DNA of 64,000 nucleotides from Candidatus Poribacteria bacterium (GTDB lineage Bacteria; Poribacteria; WGA-4E; PCPOR2b): NCBI GenBank assembly GCA_965218095.1, contig OZ244587.1, positions 2,656,001 to 2,720,000 of the forward strand, read 5' to 3'. Shown piece by piece: positions 61,498 to 64,000 of this stretch (position 1 is its first letter; each line of letters starts with the position of its first letter). The notes under the pieces were generated by a model. It saw only the letters and a program-made list of their open reading frames with translations, ran no database searches and was not told where the DNA came from. The position numbers and the translations under genes were made by a program.

Positions 61498-63160
61498 ATT
61501 GGGGGTGTCGACTTCTCATGGTTGGGTCGATGGCACTCCCTATTTTTTTGAGCGCTTTGCCGATACTCTCAAAAATGCCTCCGAGATTCCTTCTGCTCCT
61601 GCCCTACCGAATGCGCCTCAACTTGCCATTGGCGATCGCAAATCTTTCTTCTCAATCAATTTTAGAACACATGAACAGTACACTGTTCAGGCAACACTGC
61701 GAGCCATTGGGAAATTCTGCTACATCTTCGTTGAGGACTCGCAGTGGCAGCGCACGGTACATGCGAGAACAGTCGAATCGGTGCGTCGTGCATTTGATGA
61801 TGCGACGCCGGCACATCCACAACGCGGGATTTATCAAATCGAAACCGAGTTGTTTGGGTGCCCTCCCGACATTGATGGTGATAAAAGGATCCATCTCCTG
61901 CTATTAGACATTCGTGATAGGGCGACGAGACGAAACGGATTCGTTGCCGGTTTTTTCAACCCTGTGAATCAACATCGTGGGGTTTTGCGGCACCCGGACT
62001 TGGGGGTGCCCATTCGCAGCAACGAACTCGATATGCTCTATCTCGATACTCACCCCCTGAACGCGGGAAGCCAGGAGGGGCTTGGCGTACTCGCCCACGA
62101 ATTTCAGCATCTGATCCATTGGCGGCACGATACAAACGAAACAGTTTGGGTCAATGAAGGCTGCGCCGGTTATGCAACGTTCATCTGTGGGTATAGCGTT
62201 CAAGACCATGTTGATCTGTTTGAACGAAATCCGCGGATCTCACTGGTGGAGTGGCCACATGGGACGCGAAGCGAACTTGCCCACTACGGGGTGGCGTATT
62301 TGTGGATGCTTTATCTTCACGAACAGTACGGTGGCTCAGAAACAATCGCTTCGATTGTGAAGAATCGGGCGAACGGAATCGCAGGGGTCAATAAGGCTCT
62401 GCTCTCGCGTGGCGTGAAGAAGACCTTCTCCGTCATTTATGCCGATTGGAAGGTGGCAAACTATCTGGACCATACCCGCTTTGCGAAGGGGCAGTACGGC
62501 TATCAGAATGAGCAGTTGAATCTTCGCGCCCGTCGTGAGCATCGTTCATATCCGGTCTCTGTTGAAAATAACGTGCTTGCCAGCTATGCAACGGACCATA
62601 TTCCCTTCCACCCCAATGCCAGAAATAGTGGATTGAATCTCACCTTTGAAAGCGACAACCGTCAGCCCTTCGATGTCAAGGTGGTTGAGTTTCGGGGCGG
62701 ACAGCCGACAGCTGTACGCGATATGGTGCTGGCGGAGACCGGAAAAGGCAGTCTACTCATCTCAAACTTTGGCGCGAGCGTCGAAAAGGTCATTCTTATC
62801 CCCAGTATGCAGCCGCAACGCGAGTCGCAGGGGCACAGCACATCAGTTTACACATATAGCGCGAAGCAGATTTTGGAAAAAGTGGAATTCAGCATGACAG
62901 TTTTGCCGAATCCCGTACATCCGAGATATTGGGACATCGTCGCCGTCCCGAGTGATTCGATTGGCTTCAGCGCGCCGCTGATTACGATTAAGGCGGGCGT
63001 CATGCCAATTATATCTAAGCTACCGATGAAAGCTGTCCGGGATGAAGCGATTTACACATATTCGCTCTATCTTTCTCCAGAGGTCAACACCGAAAACGTC
63101 CAATGGGAGATTTTCTTCCTTGAGGAGTTGGTTGGGGCAGGTGAGCTCAAGCAAAAATAG
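61373..63160 (+). CDS. Zinc metallopeptidase (M30/immune inhibitor A-like); start uncertain
   Basis: PPDIDGD.RI.LLL.DI, AGFF, LAHEFQHLIH..E..WVNEG. Confidence 0.75.
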   Translation: MRKWGYDVFMSSLVHEFIQGVWNGRSVSRFTFHVLRFTLYVLLGVSTSHGWVDGTPYFFERFADTLKNASEIPSAPALPNAPQLAIGDRKSFFSINFRTHEQYTVQATLRAIGKFCYIFVEDSQWQRTVHARTVESVRRAFDDATPAHPQRGIYQIETELFGCPPDIDGDKRIHLLLLDIRDRATRRNGFVAGFFNPVNQHRGVLRHPDLGVPIRSNELDMLYLDTHPLNAGSQEGLGVLAHEFQHLIHWRHDTNETVWVNEGCAGYATFICGYSVQDHVDLFERNPRISLVEWPHGTRSELAHYGVAYLWMLYLHEQYGGSETIASIVKNRANGIAGVNKALLSRGVKKTFSVIYADWKVANYLDHTRFAKGQYGYQNEQLNLRARREHRSYPVSVENNVLASYATDHIPFHPNARNSGLNLTFESDNRQPFDVKVVEFRGGQPTAVRDMVLAETGKGSLLISNFGASVEKVILIPSMQPQRESQGHSTSVYTYSAKQILEKVEFSMTVLPNPVHPRYWDIVAVPSDSIGFSAPLITIKAGVMPIISKLPMKAVRDEAIYTYSLYLSPEVNTENVQWEIFFLEELVGAGELKQK

Positions 63161-63234
63161 ATTCATGCGTTCAGGAGTTCATGAGTCTAATTTACGCATT
63201 ACGCATCACGTTTCACACTCCAAGGAGGTAACAG

Positions 63235-64000
63235 ATGGCAACACCAACCATTTACGCAGGTACAGTGGGTCAGAGTGTGTGGCGCAGCAAAGACAGCGGG
63301 GAATCCTGGCAGCGTGCCAGCGCGGGGATATTCCCGGAGGCTGACATTCGCGCCCTTGCCGCGAACCCGAACGATTCCTCCATCCTCTATGCGGGAACGG
63401 AAGCCGGCATCTTCCGCACGAAAAACGGTGGGAATAACTGGGAACGCCTCGACTCCCTGATGGACGAGTTGCAAATCTGGGCGATTGCAGTCAATCCAAA
63501 AAACCCCGACATCGTCTTCGCAGGCACATGTCCGTCCGCCCTGTTCAAATCGAGCGACAGCGGCGATACATGGAGGCGTCTCAACGTCGAACTTGCCGAA
63601 GAGTGTGAGGGGGTACCAATCGTCCCGCGTGTGACCTCGATCTCGATCGATCCGGACGATGATCAGACGGTCTACGCGGGCGTCGAAATTGACGGGCTGT
63701 GGCTTTCCACCGATGGCGGTGAGACATGGGGGGAGCGAAGTGAGGGACTGAGCAGCCTTGACATTCATGGGCTTACTGTCGTCCCCGGCAGTCCGAAGGT
63801 GCTCGTTGCGGCGACGAACAACGATGTGTGCGTCACGACAGATCTGAACCAATGGACGCCGCTCAGTGTCGGGGATCACTTCCCGTGGCCCTACTGCCGG
63901 GCGGCGATGTATGTTCCCAATGATACGAGGCGGGTTTATATTGGGGCGGGAAATGGCCCCCCCGGAGACGAAGGTGGCCTTTTCTACACCGATGATCTCG
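63235..64000 (+). CDS. BNR/Asp-box (Ycf48/VPS10-like) beta-propeller protein, runs off the window
   Basis: RBS AAGGAGG; MATPTIYAGTVGQSVWRSKDSGESW, KSSDSGDTW, STDGGETW; no stop before the edge. Confidence 0.85.
   Translation, partial: MATPTIYAGTVGQSVWRSKDSGESWQRASAGIFPEADIRALAANPNDSSILYAGTEAGIFRTKNGGNNWERLDSLMDELQIWAIAVNPKNPDIVFAGTCPSALFKSSDSGDTWRRLNVELAEECEGVPIVPRVTSISIDPDDDQTVYAGVEIDGLWLSTDGGETWGERSEGLSSLDIHGLTVVPGSPKVLVAATNNDVCVTTDLNQWTPLSVGDHFPWPYCRAAMYVPNDTRRVYIGAGNGPPGDEGGLFYTDDL

Noticed and set aside
63199-63879. 226-aa minus-strand ORF
   Set aside because: It is the shadow of the plus-strand BNR protein, which has a strong RBS and Asp-box motifs.

Overview
Bacterial chromosomal window of about 50% GC (estimated by eye) spanning the replication origin: rpmH, oriC, dnaA, oriC, dnaN, recF, DUF721, gyrB, cupin, gyrA. 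The WD40/dockerin-type and TPR proteins suggest Ca. Poribacteria or a relative (inference, not checked). From left to right: (1) 1-9 kb is the end of a defence-like island with an RM-type methyltransferase tail, two unrelated RelE-type toxin-antitoxin pairs whose antitoxins are both fused to a near-identical TPR array, a Ymh/TIGR02391 protein, an ABC-ATPase + PIN pair, a DprA/SLOG protein and a VapBC remnant. (2) 9.3-21.9 kb is an envelope cluster of RGG/FGG-rich exported proteins, a PQQ-type propeller, GspC/GspD-like proteins, a CotH kinase, DUF4956 and a YjiK-like propeller, interrupted by cimA plus an IS remnant between 27-bp direct repeats. (3) 22-48 kb mixes metabolic genes with IS fragments, MITEs and REPs, several point-mutation pseudogenes (including folP), and a Tyr-rich leader attenuator upstream of a truncated DAHP synthase. 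(4) 48.5-64 kb is the core replication cluster plus TPR, peptidase and BNR proteins. A family of about 30-bp palindromes sits inside three coding sequences, nested in one case. All family assignments come from motif recognition by eye; no database searches were run.
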